Below, in pieces: positions 28,595 through 41,400 of a stretch of 64,000 nt of DNA. The stretch spans positions 917,607 through 981,606 of the forward strand of contig NW_005434659.1 in assembly GCF_000315625.1 (NCBI RefSeq). Reading direction: 5' to 3'. Position 1 is the stretch's first letter. Each line of letters opens with the position of its first letter. Position numbers and translations under genes: made by a program. The stretch comes from Guillardia theta CCMP2712 (taxonomy: Eukaryota > Protista > Cryptophyta). The notes beneath the pieces were generated by a model. That model worked only from the letters and a program-made list of their open reading frames with translations. It did no database searches and was not told the DNA's origin.

Positions 28595-28985
28595 TGTAAG
28601 AGCTGCAGGAGAAGGAGGAGGAGGAGGACTTTCTGAGGACTCTAGCAAGGAGCACGTGCGATTGGACCCTCATCCCCCACATGTCCCCCCTCATCCCCCC
28701 CACTGTCCATGAGCCGTGCCACTGAGCTGGCCACTGAGTCTCAGTGACAGCAGACCGGGCCGCGGGTTCAGTCACTGAGAATTTCTGCGGGAGGCCCGGC
28801 CCCGGGCTGTTGAGCTTCACGTGTTCGAGCCAAGAACGAAATTTATCAACAACAAGAAGTGAAGTGTTGCTATGCCACGACAAGTGAGTCGAGCCATGTT
28901 GAGAAGAGATCAGACGAGAAGGGAGGGAAGGGAGGAGATGAGAAGCGAGGAGTGAGGAGAGGGAGAGGGGAGAAAAGAAGCTGAG

Positions 28986-31820
28986 CTAGTAGCGGAGGGT
29001 ATCGAAGTTTCTACTTCTTGTCCTTGTTAGAATCCACTGGGTAGACCTTGTCCCACATGTCGGAGCCATCGACCTGAGCGACGTGAGAGGAGAGGAGAGG
29101 AGAGGAGAGGTGAGGTGAGGAGAGGAGAGGAGAGGAGAGGCGAGGCGAGGCGAGGAGAGGAGAGGAGAGGAGAGGAGAGGAGAGGAGAGGAGAGGAGAGG
29201 AGAGGAGAGGAGAGGAGAGGAGAGGAGAGGAGAGGAGAGGAGAGGAGAGGAGGGAGGGAGGGAGNNNNNNNNNNNNNNNNNNNNNNNNNNNNNNNNNNNN
29301 NNNNNNNNNNNNNNNNNNNNNNNNNNNNNNNNNNNNNNNNNNNNNNNNNNNNNNNNNNNNNNNNNNNNNNNNNNNNNNNNNNNNNNNCTTCAAAGGAGGC
29401 GTTCAACTACACCCGTTCCTCCTCCTCCTCCTCCTCCTCCTCCTCCTCCTCCTCCTCCTCTTTCCCCCCTGATCTTCCCTGCTCCCTCCTCTCCCACCAT
29501 CTCTTCTTCTGCCTTTCGTCCTCCGACAGCCTTCTGAATCATTCCTCTTTCTCTTCCTCTTCCTGCTTGCTTCTTTCTTCTGGCACTTCGTCCCTCTCAA
29601 ATTTCATTCCATCAACTTTCCGCTTTCCCCATTACCTTCCAACCTCCTTATCCTCTTTCTCCCTCCTCCTCTCCTCCCTCCTCTCCTCCCTCCTCTCCTC
29701 CCTCCTCTCCTCCCTCCTCCCCTCTTGTCCCCCCCCTTTCCTCTCGTGCTGCCCGCGTTCATCCTCACATTCATATTGTTGTCAACAAGGACGAGGCAGC
29801 GAATGTCAAACTTTCTTCCCTTGTACAGCAGCGGCCGCTCAATGTACTTCTGCACGATCACCTGCCGTACGCCTTCTGTCAGAGTCTGTGGCAATAGGGA
29901 GGGAGGAGGGAGGAGGGAGGAGGGAAGAGGGAGGAGGGAGGAGGAGGGAAGAAGGAAACGAGGAAGAATATTGAGGGAGGGAAGGACGAGGAAGGAGGGA
30001 GCAACGAGGGTTCAGGACAACTGGAAGGAAGGCACAAGAGGAGCAGGAAGGGGTGGAGGAGGAGGAGGCGGAGGAGGAAGAGATCAGTTACCTGGCTGCC
30101 TACTTGCTTCTTCTTCAGGTGGGTGTCGACATCGCTGAAGCCTCGGAAGACTCGGATTCCATTCCCTCTGTTGTTGTTGGTTGGTTTCACCTAGAGCTCC
30201 AACTTCAACTTCCCCCCGTTCACTGCTCTCTCTTCTCTCCATTCCCCTCCTCCTCCCTTCCCCTTTTCTCTCCCCCCTCTTCTCTCCTCCTCCTTGAAGT
30301 CTCACAATCCAAATGTTTCTTTCGCCTGCTGTGTTGGTGTTTGAGATGGCATCTCCCCGGGACATCTGAAATTCATCGGTCACCAAATCTCCTCCTCAAC
30401 TTTCTCCTCTCTCCTCCTCTCTCCTCCTCTCTGCTCTCTCCTCCTCTCTGCTCTCTCCTCCTCTCTGCTCTCTCCTCCTCTCTGCTCTCTGCTCTCTGCT
30501 CTCTCCTCCTCTCTGCTCTCTCCTCCTCTATCCTCTGTCCTCCCTCCTCATTCACCTTGGAGTGACTCGACTTGCTCGGAGACTTCATGCTTGCCTTCGA
30601 CCCCGTCTTGGAGGAAGAAGCAGTCCTGGACGCTGACTCGCTGCCTGGCTCATCGGTACTCGCAGCTAGACAGAAGAAGTGAGGAGGAGTCGGGGGAGTA
30701 GCTGTGGCACACAGGGAGAGGAGGAGGGGAAGGAGTGAGATGAGGGAAACAAGTGAGAGAAGAGGAGGAGAGTGGGAATGGAGGAGGAGGAGGAGGAGGA
30801 GATCTCGTCTGTTCAGACCTGAGAGGCTGTCGGGATGGTTTTCACCACTCCCAGCCCCATCCTTTCCTGCCTTGTCATCTGCTCGGCATGAAATCACCCA
30901 GTTCTCCTCCAGGAGGCGACTCGACTCACTTCCTTTCGAGATCTTCGCCGAGCTTTGAGAGGCTCCTTGCCCCTTCAGCTTGCTATCCAGCTGCTTGCAC
31001 ACCTGCGACCCCCGTCACCCGTCTGCTTCCTCGATGCTGCTACAACCTTGCAGAACTCGGCATACTCCGGACATGCTTCTCCCACTGATATCACAAACTG
31101 CAAACACGTCAGTTGCAAGGTAACAACATCCCTCGACCTCACAGTCGGCGGAGCAATCTCATGCACGTTAATTTTCCCTGCGCAACAACACCGTGAGCAC
31201 GAATCGAGCGGTCAAAGCCTGGACTCACTTCTCACAGTATGATTTCAGGTTGAAATACAGCTCGTTCTTCCTCCCGATGCACGTCAGTCCGTCAAGATGG
31301 TTCAGGTATTGTTTGTTTCCCATCCTCCTCACCCACTCTGCGACTGACCGCTGTCGCACCTGCAACACATTCATCATCCTGACCACGTGACTAGCAAGCG
31401 CTTGCCTGCAGCCACTTCAAATTGAGCTCAGGGTCGTCCTCCTTTCCCAGCTCCCACCATGGTCGCCTCTCAAGAGTCTTTCGCACTAGCTCGCTGTTGT
31501 TGCCAGGGCCCACAAAGAACGTGAACTTCGACTCCGAGCCGGGTGAGTTTTCTTGTTTGATGGCTTCTTTCAGCGGGACGTCGTGCACCATGTCGTTGAC
31601 GACAGGAAGGAAGGCAGGTCCGAGCCCAGGGTTAGCTTCTCTCGCTCTTGCCTTGTTCCTACCTGCAGAACGGCGAGAGAGTGGTCATGGCATTGGAAAC
31701 AACTCAAACGCTCCAACGTCTTGTTAATCAAGTCCTTTTCATCCTCACTATCTTTTGACTAGAGTCTGACATGTTGTTGATGATGATATTTCTCTGGTTC
31801 TTCTCAACACGTCAGACATT
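28986..31820 (-). CDS. Tubulin-tyrosine-ligase-like (TTLL) protein, possibly glycylase-type; part lost in a gap
   Basis: Motifs GPGNNSELVRKTLERRPWW, NHLDGLTCIGRKNELYFNL, NIWIV-KPTNNNRGNGIRVF and VQKYIERPLLYKGRKFDIR. Confidence 0.85.
29085..29264. repeat. (GAGGA)n microsatellite next to a gap
   Basis: Long agagg/gagga array. Confidence 0.9.
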
Positions 31821-32404
31821 CGAAATAATCGCGATGTTCTCACTTCCTGATACTGAAATCTCAGTTGTTGACCTTAATGCTTATACTCTTCCTCACCATC
31901 GCCATCACTAACACCACCACATGGTCACGATTATGTCATTCTGATCAGTTTGATCATGTTATCACCACCACCACCACCACCATCGTTTTCCCTTCTTCCT
32001 GCCAACCCCTGCATTTCGCTTGCACCATCTCTCTATCTTGCTGGTCAACGGCCGATGTGTAACCGAAAGAAACGGTTACTCAGTGACTGGCACTACGGCA
32101 GGTGCCCGGCACTGCACCCGGGCCGTAGCACACTGCGGCGGCACGGACTGTATCCCGGAGTCCGGGCCGGCGACGGCGGCGGATGTTAACTGAATCAGTC
32201 TAGCCATTTAGATCGAAACTTGAAGGCTCGAACGGCGAGAGTGAACTTTTTCATTTAGTATATCAAAATATCGCAATTCAAGGTATGATCGAGCGCAGTG
32301 CAGACAGTTGTTCTTTCCTCCCATCACAACAGAGAGACAACATCATTCTTGTCGTCACAGCCTCTGAAGTTATCAGCTGAATCTATCAGGTGAAAGCATT
32401 CCGT

Positions 32405-32869
32405 TCACTGGACAATGCACGATCCTGACGCACTTCGAGCAGACTCCCAAGGAAACTGTTGACCGTTCCTGTCCTCAAGGATGACCTTCCTTCCGTCCTT
32501 GGTGAGAATCTTTCCGTCCTCAGGGTTCACGAGGACGAGGAGGGGAATACCGTTCACTCCGATCTGACCAGCAATCTGATCCTTCAACGACCTCTGGGCG
32601 AAAGGCAGGGCGAGCCATGGCATCTGCGAGTAGTACTCCTTGAACTGCGCTTCTGACTGATCGGAAGATAGGAACACAATCTCAAACTCCTTTCCCTGCG
32701 ACTTCATGGTGCGATAGGTCTCCGCCAGCATCGGGGTGAAGGATCGGCATGGAGGGCACCAGTGCGCTGAGAAGTACAGCCCGACTACCTTGTTCGACCT
32801 CAAGCTACTGACAGCCACTTCCTTGCCCTGAGCGTTGATCAATGTAGCGTTTCCAAAATACTTGTCCAT
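32405..32869 (-). CDS. Nucleoredoxin/tryparedoxin-like thioredoxin (single domain) with a C-terminal CaaX
   Basis: GLYFSAHWCPPCRSFTP...FEIVFLSSD...MPWLALPF...GIP; ends SGSCIVQ*. Confidence 0.92.
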   Translation of the reverse strand: MDKYFGNATLINAQGKEVAVSSLRSNKVVGLYFSAHWCPPCRSFTPMLAETYRTMKSQGKEFEIVFLSSDQSEAQFKEYYSQMPWLALPFAQRSLKDQIAGQIGVNGIPLLVLVNPEDGKILTKDGRKVILEDRNGQQFPWESARSASGSCIVQ

Positions 32870-33720
32870 AATACTTGTCCTGTCACAGGAAACGTTATAT
32901 TATGGAAAGAAGGCAAACGAGCTGTAGTTTTCTGCAACTAGATTTGTTCGTGCTTTTGTAGTGCAGGAATTCCTTCACTGCTTGCGATGATTGCGAGAAA
33001 GCAGAACATCACCACAGATACAGCAGACACAAAGGGGAGAAGGCAAGGAAAAAGTAGGATCTTTGCAGGAATCGAGGTGAGCTGCACACAGTAAAAGAAG
33101 AGCCAAGGAGGGTGAGAAGAGTGAAGATGTGGTTGTGAATGGCAGAACAACATGACAGGAGTGATCATGGGGAAGAAAGGAGGGTTGTGGAAGGCAGGGA
33201 GTCAAGGAGGGACAAACGGAAAAAAGGGTGGGAAAGAGAACAGTTTGGGGCATCAAGGTAACCGACGAAAAAAGATAGCAGATATGAGTGGAGAGGCGAA
33301 GAAAGGCGAGGAGAAAGAAGAAGAGAGGAGAGAGGAGAGAGGAGAGAGGAGAGAGGAGAGAGGAGAGAGGAGAGAGGAGAGAGTTGATGTGAGGCGACAG
33401 AGAAGGGGAGAGAGAAGGAGAGGTGCATTTTAGTACACATCGAGCGCATTTTATCAGGCAGTACGACTGGGAGTTTATGGAAGGGGTGTACACTCACAAA
33501 ACAATATTGAACGCTCCGATGGGAATTACACATAAATTATTGCAAAATGTATTGAATATACAATATTTGCCATGGCTAGTTTACAGGATTTTATAGTAAG
33601 GAGACACCTTCTAGAACCCTTATCCCTTTGTCGCTATGGAGCGGCAACTTCGTTGTTGTTATTACTGCTGCTGCTGACCGATCCTAAACCTCTTCACATC
33701 GTCGTCGTCGTCGTCATCGT

Positions 33721-33752
<32 letters not shown>

Positions 33753-34089
33753 TCTCGTAAACTCTCTATCGTCCTCTTCTTATATTTCCTTGTCTCGTGT
33801 TCTGTTGATGTTGTTCCTTCTCCATTCCCCATCGCCATCTAGCTCACGGCCTTGATGAACAATGCCGTGTCGCCGCACGCTTCATGTAGACATGTTCATG
33901 GCGTTTGTTGAAATAATATCAATTGAAAGAGAGTATAAGCATTAAGAAGCTCTTTCATTTCCAATAGATCCCTCCCGAACTCTCCAAAAGAGCCTTTAGA
34001 GTGTTCAATACCTCCTGCGAACATGCTCAATTGCACGCTTCGATTTCTGTGTGACAGCAAGGACTACCTGCTTTACGCGCATGGATCCT

Positions 34090-36200
34090 TCACCTTCCTC
34101 CTCTAGAAATGCGACGATCAATGCATGGATCTGGATAGCGACCAACATAAGTATACAGGAGGAGCAGGCTGCTGTTGAGTACCGTTTCTCGGGCTCCCCC
34201 ATCGGCCAGCATGTCTCCATCGGCGATTTTGGTAAGAGCGCGGACAGCTTCCAACTATGAAAGATGTCAGTAAAGATCTCATGTGAAGATGTCAGGAAAG
34301 ACATCATGGAAAGACATCATGCAATAGATATCATGAAATAGATCTTCCGTAAAGATATCATGGGACAGATGTCATGCAAAAAAATCATGGAAAAAATGTC
34401 GTGTCAAGATATCATGGAATAGATGTCATGCAAAGACAACGGAGCACAGCTGAAAATAATCGCCGTACCCGAACATCAAGAACCGCGTCATCCAGAACTC
34501 TGCAAAGAAGCAACTTCCACGCAGTTTGCGATCCTGGCAAGCTATTCGTCAACGGGTAGAACCAGCCAGACACAATCAAAACCTCGAGGACAAATTTTTG
34601 CGACCAATTCAATCGCTTCGCGAGTTAGCGCCTGTGTGACCGGGGCGGTAAGAGGCAATGACCATGGAAGGACTTGAAACCTGAGGGTCGCCATGTGGCT
34701 TGAAATATTCCTCACCCCTCAGATCCTGGGGCGAAGCGTCAGCCTCGTAGCTTCTATGTTGAAAGCGGAACGACCTTTTTGCGAAGAATATCAAAAGCAA
34801 TCTCGATCGCAGTTTGATCGCTCTTGATGGCCTGCATACACCAGTCAAGTCCAGCTGCCCTGTGATGAAACCAAGGTTTCACCTTAGTCGCAAGACATCT
34901 CAATGATTGCTTTCGAATATCAAAACACTCATCCATCTTGGCTGAGCGTGCAAGCACGGTTACCTATCAATCCGTCAGGAACCTTTTGTGGACGACCGAC
35001 CTGCTCTTACCACTTTCGGATCTCCCACCAATCCGAGCTTCGAGATGACTAAACAAGCAGCATTCCGAACAGATATTGATTCCTGATCCGCTTTCAAGTC
35101 ATCATACCATCTCAACACAGGTTAAATTGGCTCATACTCGTTTGTCCAGCAGAGCCCCACACGCGGCCTCGATTGCTTTTCTATGTCCGACAGGAGCTTT
35201 CACGAACAAGGTAGCCAGCAGCTGCCTGGAACAACGGAACATCACATGAAATTCACATAGCATCACATCAGAGATATGACATTAATGACATCCAAATGCT
35301 CCCTGGAAAACTAGCGGCCGGGTCAATGTACTCACCTCTTTTTAAATGCATCTCGGCAGCCTCGCAGTTCCATCAGTATGATGTCCACCTCATCCAGCTT
35401 GCATACACAAGTCAAGAGCAACTTCGATGAGCAGGCGAACATACCAGATCATTCATTCCTCTTCCGTCGCATTCGACCGCTCTCTTGAAGGAGGACGTGG
35501 GCATCGCTCGCATGGTCGCCCCGTCCTCCTCAGGTTTCCCAGGATCGTTCTTGACGCCCCTGAGCGAATACAAACGAGTACTCCCCTTAGCTGCTCGACT
35601 TGCTAGTGCCCTGTTGCCTTGCAGTCCTTCCACCGGGAACGAGCCCTCCAAGGATGGAGGAGAGAGAGCACGTTGCCGTCGCGCCGACTGCTTGTCTGTT
35701 GCAAGTGAACTGAAAGCTGCTTCTCCGAATCTTTTCCCCCAAGTTCCTTCGTCGGCATTGATTTGCATGGACAGTACATTCCTTATCGATCGAGCGGATG
35801 CAATTGCAGCACTTGACTTCTTTCCTCTCTCCTGCTCGCCCCCTCGCAGCGTTAGCAACCGTGCCCCTCGTTCCGGATGACCTTCAGCTGCCTCCCCCCG
35901 TTGACAGTCTTTGCAGCAACCAATAATCGAGATCTCTTTAGCTTGATCCACCTTCCTCCCTCCCTGCAACTTGACTCTCTCACATTGCACCCCTCGACTG
36001 CCGTCGCAGCTGCAACCCTCCGCCCCTCCTGTTCGCTGAGTCGGCGTTCTATAGGACCTGATTCTGTTCAGACAATCAACCATGACATGCAGATTGTTCG
36101 CTGTCTTCACGCTTGCGAGGTTCACTTCCATGTCGCATGACGCTACCAGCAGCGACGCCATCGCCACCATGGTCATGGCGCAAAAATCCTTCCTGCCCAT
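34090..36200 (-). CDS. Hypothetical HEAT-repeat protein, multi-exon
   Basis: Spliced segments such as DQESISVRNAACLVISKLGLVGDPKV, DECFDIRKQSLRCLA and LEAVRALTKIA resemble PBS-lyase-type HEAT repeats. The long first exon is Arg/Gly-rich with a hydrophobic start. Confidence 0.45.
34300..34436. repeat. Degenerate ~13-14-bp minisatellite (GAYATCATG core)
   Basis: gacatcatggaaa, gatatcatgaaat and gatgtcatgcaaa units in tandem, probably intronic. Confidence 0.75.
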
Positions 36201-36564
36201 GGCGCGTTGCACTACCCGGTAAACCACTACCCAATTTATGGTACCACCCACCTTGGCTGGATGGACCCATGACATTCGTCCATATACCCCTTCTTTCAAG
36301 CTAATTTTCTATCCAATAACACCCCTTAATCAACACCCCTACCCCCAATTATACCTTCATCCCCACCCCTTGAACCTCTTTCATTTAACACCCTGGTCCC
36401 CATTCCAATCCGAGGACCCCAGTAGCTCACGGGGATCCTGACTACCCACCCACCAATACAGAGAGTAATTGTAGTGATATAACCGGTACCTTTATTTTTT
36501 TGTTTACCCTACCCCCACAAACAATTGTTGCGATCCTCAGCCGTTACAGACGTTTCAACTCGTT

Positions 36565-38115
36565 ATGGAACACCGTCAGACGTTTTTTATCGTTACAGGA
36601 ATCAAACGGTCGAAGAGTATTCGGCGACCTTCTGAAATGCCGAGCAGGCCAGGGCGGGGGCGGTCAACCCCGAGGACATGCTCTGCTCTCGCTACCAGCC
36701 ATCTCGCATCAGCCTCCTCCTCGTCTTGCTACCCTTCCCCTTCCTCTCCTCTCCCTGGTGCTCATCCCAAGCAATCTGCCACTCGTGGCTTCAAGGGGTT
36801 CGGATGCTCGGGGGTGCTCTTGGTCGCGATCCTGGCGACGATGCCGCAGGAGAGCTCCTCCTTCATGATCTCTGCTCCGGCTCCAAACTCAAACAACCTG
36901 GGCATGTGGAGATCGTACAGCATGTTGAAGCAGGCAGGAACCACCTCACGTGGGCTCACGCGGATTCGAGGAGGGTCCATGAGCGCGTCGGAGAGAGTTC
37001 TCTCTTGGATCTTTCCCAAGGCCAGCCCTCCTGCCTACGTGGTTCCCAAGTACGTGCCTCCTCTGGTGACTACCTCCCTCACCCTTCTCTACGGTATCTT
37101 AGAAGGGATCCCGGCATTGTTCGCGGCCTCGCTGTTGGTGTCCCTGCTGGGCTTCTATAGGGTGACATGGTTTTTCAGCCTGGGCTACGGTCTTTCAATG
37201 GCCTTCATGTCCTGCCTCTCCCTCTTCTTCTTCTCCGTCATTCAGGGCGCGTCCATCCCCTTGGTTGCCATGCTGCACGCCAGCCTGGTCATCGCATGGG
37301 GAGTTCGGCTGGCTGCGTTTCTTGCATGGCGAGAGTTCAAGGCCTGGCCAGAGTCCAAGAGCCGATACGTCGAGACGAACAGACGGACTGGACTGTCCAA
37401 AAAGATCTCCACCTGGGTGTTCGTTGCGATCTTCGACTCGCTTCTCTTTGCTCCCTGCCTCTTCCACATGAAGACTCCGTCGAAGCTCGAGGTCCTGTCG
37501 TGGTTCGGAGTTGTCCTGCAGTTCGTGGGGCTGCAGGTAGAGTCCTTGGCTGACCAGCAGAAGAGTCTGAGCAAGCGCGAGCGTCCCGGTCAGTTCTGTC
37601 AGGAAGGCCTCTACAGGTTCTCTCGGCATGTCAACTACCTCGGCGAGATTCTGTTTTGGTCCGGCAGCTACATCGCGAGCCTTGGGAGCCTTAGGAATCC
37701 CTTGCAGCTCCTGACAGCCTCAGCTGGGTTCTTGGCGATCTTGGGCGTCATGGTGGGAGCCACCAACAACCTTGACAGGAAGCAGGTGACTAGCTGTTGA
37801 GCACACGTCGACTGCTGCTGACGTGGTTGACAACCAGTTTGACAAATACAACGGATCCCCCGAGTACCAGAAGTACATCAAGGAGACGCCGAAGCTGATC
37901 CCCTTCACCAGGTGCCTGTGGTGCGACAGTCTTGTGCCATCGGCCTGACCCTCGTGACGTGTCAGGTGTCAAACTCTCGACGAGCTCAAGTCGGATGTAC
38001 GTCCCTCGACGTCCGACTCGCTCCCGTGACCCGGTCATGGCAGGCGGACAAGGCCCGGAAGAAAGACGAGGCGGACTCGAAGCCGACCACGGTGATGACA
38101 AACTCTTCCTGGTAG
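36565..38115 (+). CDS. DUF1295 / steroid-5-alpha-reductase-like membrane protein
   Basis: WGVRLAAFL, ESLADQQK and GLYRFSRHVNYLGEILFW, then a spliced exon YQKYIKETPKLIPF. A hydrophobic stretch followed by SSS-F suggests plastid targeting, so the true start may lie downstream of 36565. Confidence 0.85.
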
Positions 38116-38458
38116 AGCCCAGCTGACGCCCTGCTAGCCCATCGAGAGCAACTACTCCAAGAGGAAGCAGCCCTGGGACGTGTAGTGGGCGAGCTGGAGG
38201 GTCGACGAGCCTGCCAAGTGTGAGTGATAAGGTAGATTGATGGAAGGGGGTGATAACAATCAGGTTGTAGTGGTAGAAGTGAAGGACGAGGGTCAGAGGC
38301 GGGAGGAGGATGGATAATTCATTAAAATTATTTACATGCAAGATCTCTCCTCCTCCTCCTTCCCCTCCTCCTCCTGCTCCTCGATCTCCTGCTCCTTTTC
38401 TTCTGCTTCTGCTCCTCCCCCCACTCTTCCTCGTCCTCCTGCTCCCCTGTATCCTCTC

Positions 38459-41400
38459 CTACAATCCGAACATCCTCTTGAGCTGTGTGAGCTCTCGCTC
38501 AACCGCCCGGTCGAGCCCGCGGGTCGAGCTGGACCTCTGCTGGGCCCGTGTGGAGCCGTAGTCCGCACGTTTGACCGGCGCCACGTGGCTCCTTGACCTG
38601 CAAAGTCCATGAGACAGCTCAGCTCTAGCTGGGGTCTGCCAGTACCTCATCGCGCTGGAGGGCCTCCTGTGCTCGTGGACCTCCAGGTCGTCGCTCTCGG
38701 ACGGAGTGCTCTTCCTCCAGGAGGAAGGGGACGCGCTTCTTCTCCCGCTCATCCTCCTCAGTCCCTCGCTCCTCGCCGGCGCCTCCTTCCCCTCCCGCGC
38801 CCCCCGGGCTCGCGCCGCCTTCATTCGCTGCATCTCCTCCTCCCCGCTCTCCGATGATGTGTCCTGCGCCTCCCATGCTCTCCTCGTCTCTTCTGCTGCC
38901 GCCGCTGCTGCCTCACCTCCTCCTCCTCTGGCCTGGGTCTGCCGGCTCCCAGCTGGATTCTTTGCCTTCCACTCTTCCACCTCCTTCCTCGTCGTCGCCA
39001 TCTGCTCCTGCAGACGCTGCACTGAGCCCTCCAGCTCACTGCCAGCAGGTCAGGGGACGACGACGAGCCTCTCAGCGTCTCACCTGCGCTTGTCCTCCCC
39101 CCTCGCCGTCGCCTCGCACTTGCTCGAGATCTCCTGCTGGCCAGTCAGCCACCGCAAACTCATCTCGACCCACCTTCAGTGCTGCCCTGGTGGAGTCCAG
39201 CTGAACTCTGATGTCCTGGAGGTCAACAACGACCGGAGCTCCGCCCGCCTCCTCCAGCTTCTCCACCCTCGTTGACAAGGCCTGTAGCATCGTCTCGACC
39301 TGCTCAGAGATTAGGAGACAAGAATCAGGAGGAGGAGGAGGAGGAGGAGGAGCAGGAGGAAGAGAGAGGAGAGAGTGAAGAGGTAACCGAGAGAGAAAGG
39401 GAGGGGGGGGGGGGGTAAGGATCCTTTTGCAGCTCCTGCTCACCTTCCTTGCGCTCTTGCTCGCCGCGTCCACCTGACCAAGGGTACCCAAAAAAAAAGG
39501 GGGGGGGGGGGGGGGGAAAAATTAAAAAGGTAAGGAAAAAAAAAGGGGGGAAAAAAAGAAAAAAAAAAAAAAGTAACGGAAAAAAAAGGGGGGGGGGGGG
39601 GGAAAAAACCCTTTTTTTTTTTTTCTCCCCCTCCCACGATTTTCTCTTTTTGTGTCCCCCGCTTTTTTTTTCTGGAGCTTCCCGGGGTTTGAAAACCCAA
39701 TTTTCAAGGGTGTGGGTTTCTTCTCTTTTTTTTCCTTTAAAAAAAAAAATTCAAATTTCCCCCCTTTTCCCCCCCCCTTGACCCCCCCCCCATTTAAAGG
39801 CCCCTTCTTCCCCCCGGGCTTTTTTTTCCACCCCGCTCGCGCGGAACCCCCCCCCGTTAAAGAATCCCTCCTTTCCCTTTTTTCCCATTTTAAATTCCCC
39901 CCCCCCCCGGGGGGATTTTCTCTCCAAATGTTCTCCCCCCCCCGGGGGGGGAGNNNNNNNNNNNNNNNNNNNNNNNNNNNNNNNNNNNNNNNNNNNNNNN
40001 NNNNNNNNNNNNNNNNNNNNNNNNNNNNNNNNNNNNNNNNNNNNNNNNNNNNNCCCCTTCCCTCCCTCCCTCCCTCCCTCCCTCCCTCCCTCCTCCTCCC
40101 TCCCTCCCTCCCTCCCTCCCTCCCTTCTACCCCTCCTCTCCTCTCCTACCTTGACGATCTTAGTTTCGAGGTACTTGAACTTATCCTGGTAGTCATCATT
40201 TCGGGTTTTGAAATCATCCAGCCGCGACTTGAACTGTCAGGTCCGCCTCGTCAGCTTATCGACACCTCATCCTCAGCTGGAGACCTGCTGGGCTTGTCGC
40301 TTCAGCGACTCATGCTCGAGCTGCATGTTATGGATCTCGTCCATCAGGCTCTGATCTGCTCCCGAGCTCGACGCCAGCTGGTCTAGTCGCGCATAGCTGC
40401 AGGTCACATCAGCACGGCACACGTCGAGCTGGGAGGTACATCTCGGTGATTCGCTCGTCGGCTCCGGACATGTGCTTCTCCACCTGCAGCCACGGGCTCA
40501 GCTGAACTCCAGCAGGAGCCCGGGACTCACCTCTTGCTGCGAGCCGCTCAGAGAAGTGACTGTTGACTTGACATCTTCTAGCGCCCGCGTTGCCTCCACC
40601 AGCTGTTTCTCCAACTCCCCCAGCTTGTTATCTGCCGGCGGTGGCGAAGACTGGGTGCTGATCTTCCCCAGCTCTGCCTTGACGTCTGTGAGAGATTCGC
40701 TGGCCTCCTCGACCTGCAGGGCCAGGGAGTCCAGCTGACCAGCCACCTTCTCCTGCTCGGACGAGACGACCTTGAGGTGCTTGAGGGTCTCGAAGATCGT
40801 CTCGTAGCGCGAGGCCTCCTGCTCCTCTTCCTCCTGCATCGGCTTCCCTACGAGCGTCTCTAGAGCATGGCAGGACTCCCTCAGCAGGATGATCTCAGGG
40901 TTGATCAGCTCCTCGAACATCTTCCCGAACGTCTCCCGGACCCTCTCCTCCAGCTCTGGCTCATCCCTGGCCGCTCCTCCTTCCTTGCTGCCCTCCAGCT
41001 CGTCGAGTCGTTCCTGCAGCCCTTCAACCATCCCGACAACCCCAGCTGAGACATTCAGAACTTTTCTCTCGGCTTTGCTCATTTTACCCCACAGCGCTTC
41101 CTCAAGCTCTTTGATATCAGCCGCGGGGCCCGGGCTGCTGGCAACGAGCTGCTGCAGACTCTCAAGATCAGCGGCAAACTTCTTCAGCTTCTCGGACGCT
41201 TCCCCCTCTCCTCCTTCCCCTCCGCCCTGCTCGCTCTTGGAGGACATTTCGAGGTTGGAGACTCGCTCTTCGATCGAGTTGAGAATGTTCACCTGCACGC
41301 TCAAACCTCAACAAGGAAACCCGTAAGATTCAGGAGGTACCTTGCGCGTGAGCTCCGACATCCTGTTCTGAAGCTCGGAGTGCGAAGTCGCCAGGTTCCC

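Noticed and set aside
39488-39953. Homopolymer-rich stretch with ORFs rich in F/P/K/G
   Set aside because: It lies next to an N gap and looks like low-quality read-end sequence that garbles RhoGAP exons; not biological.
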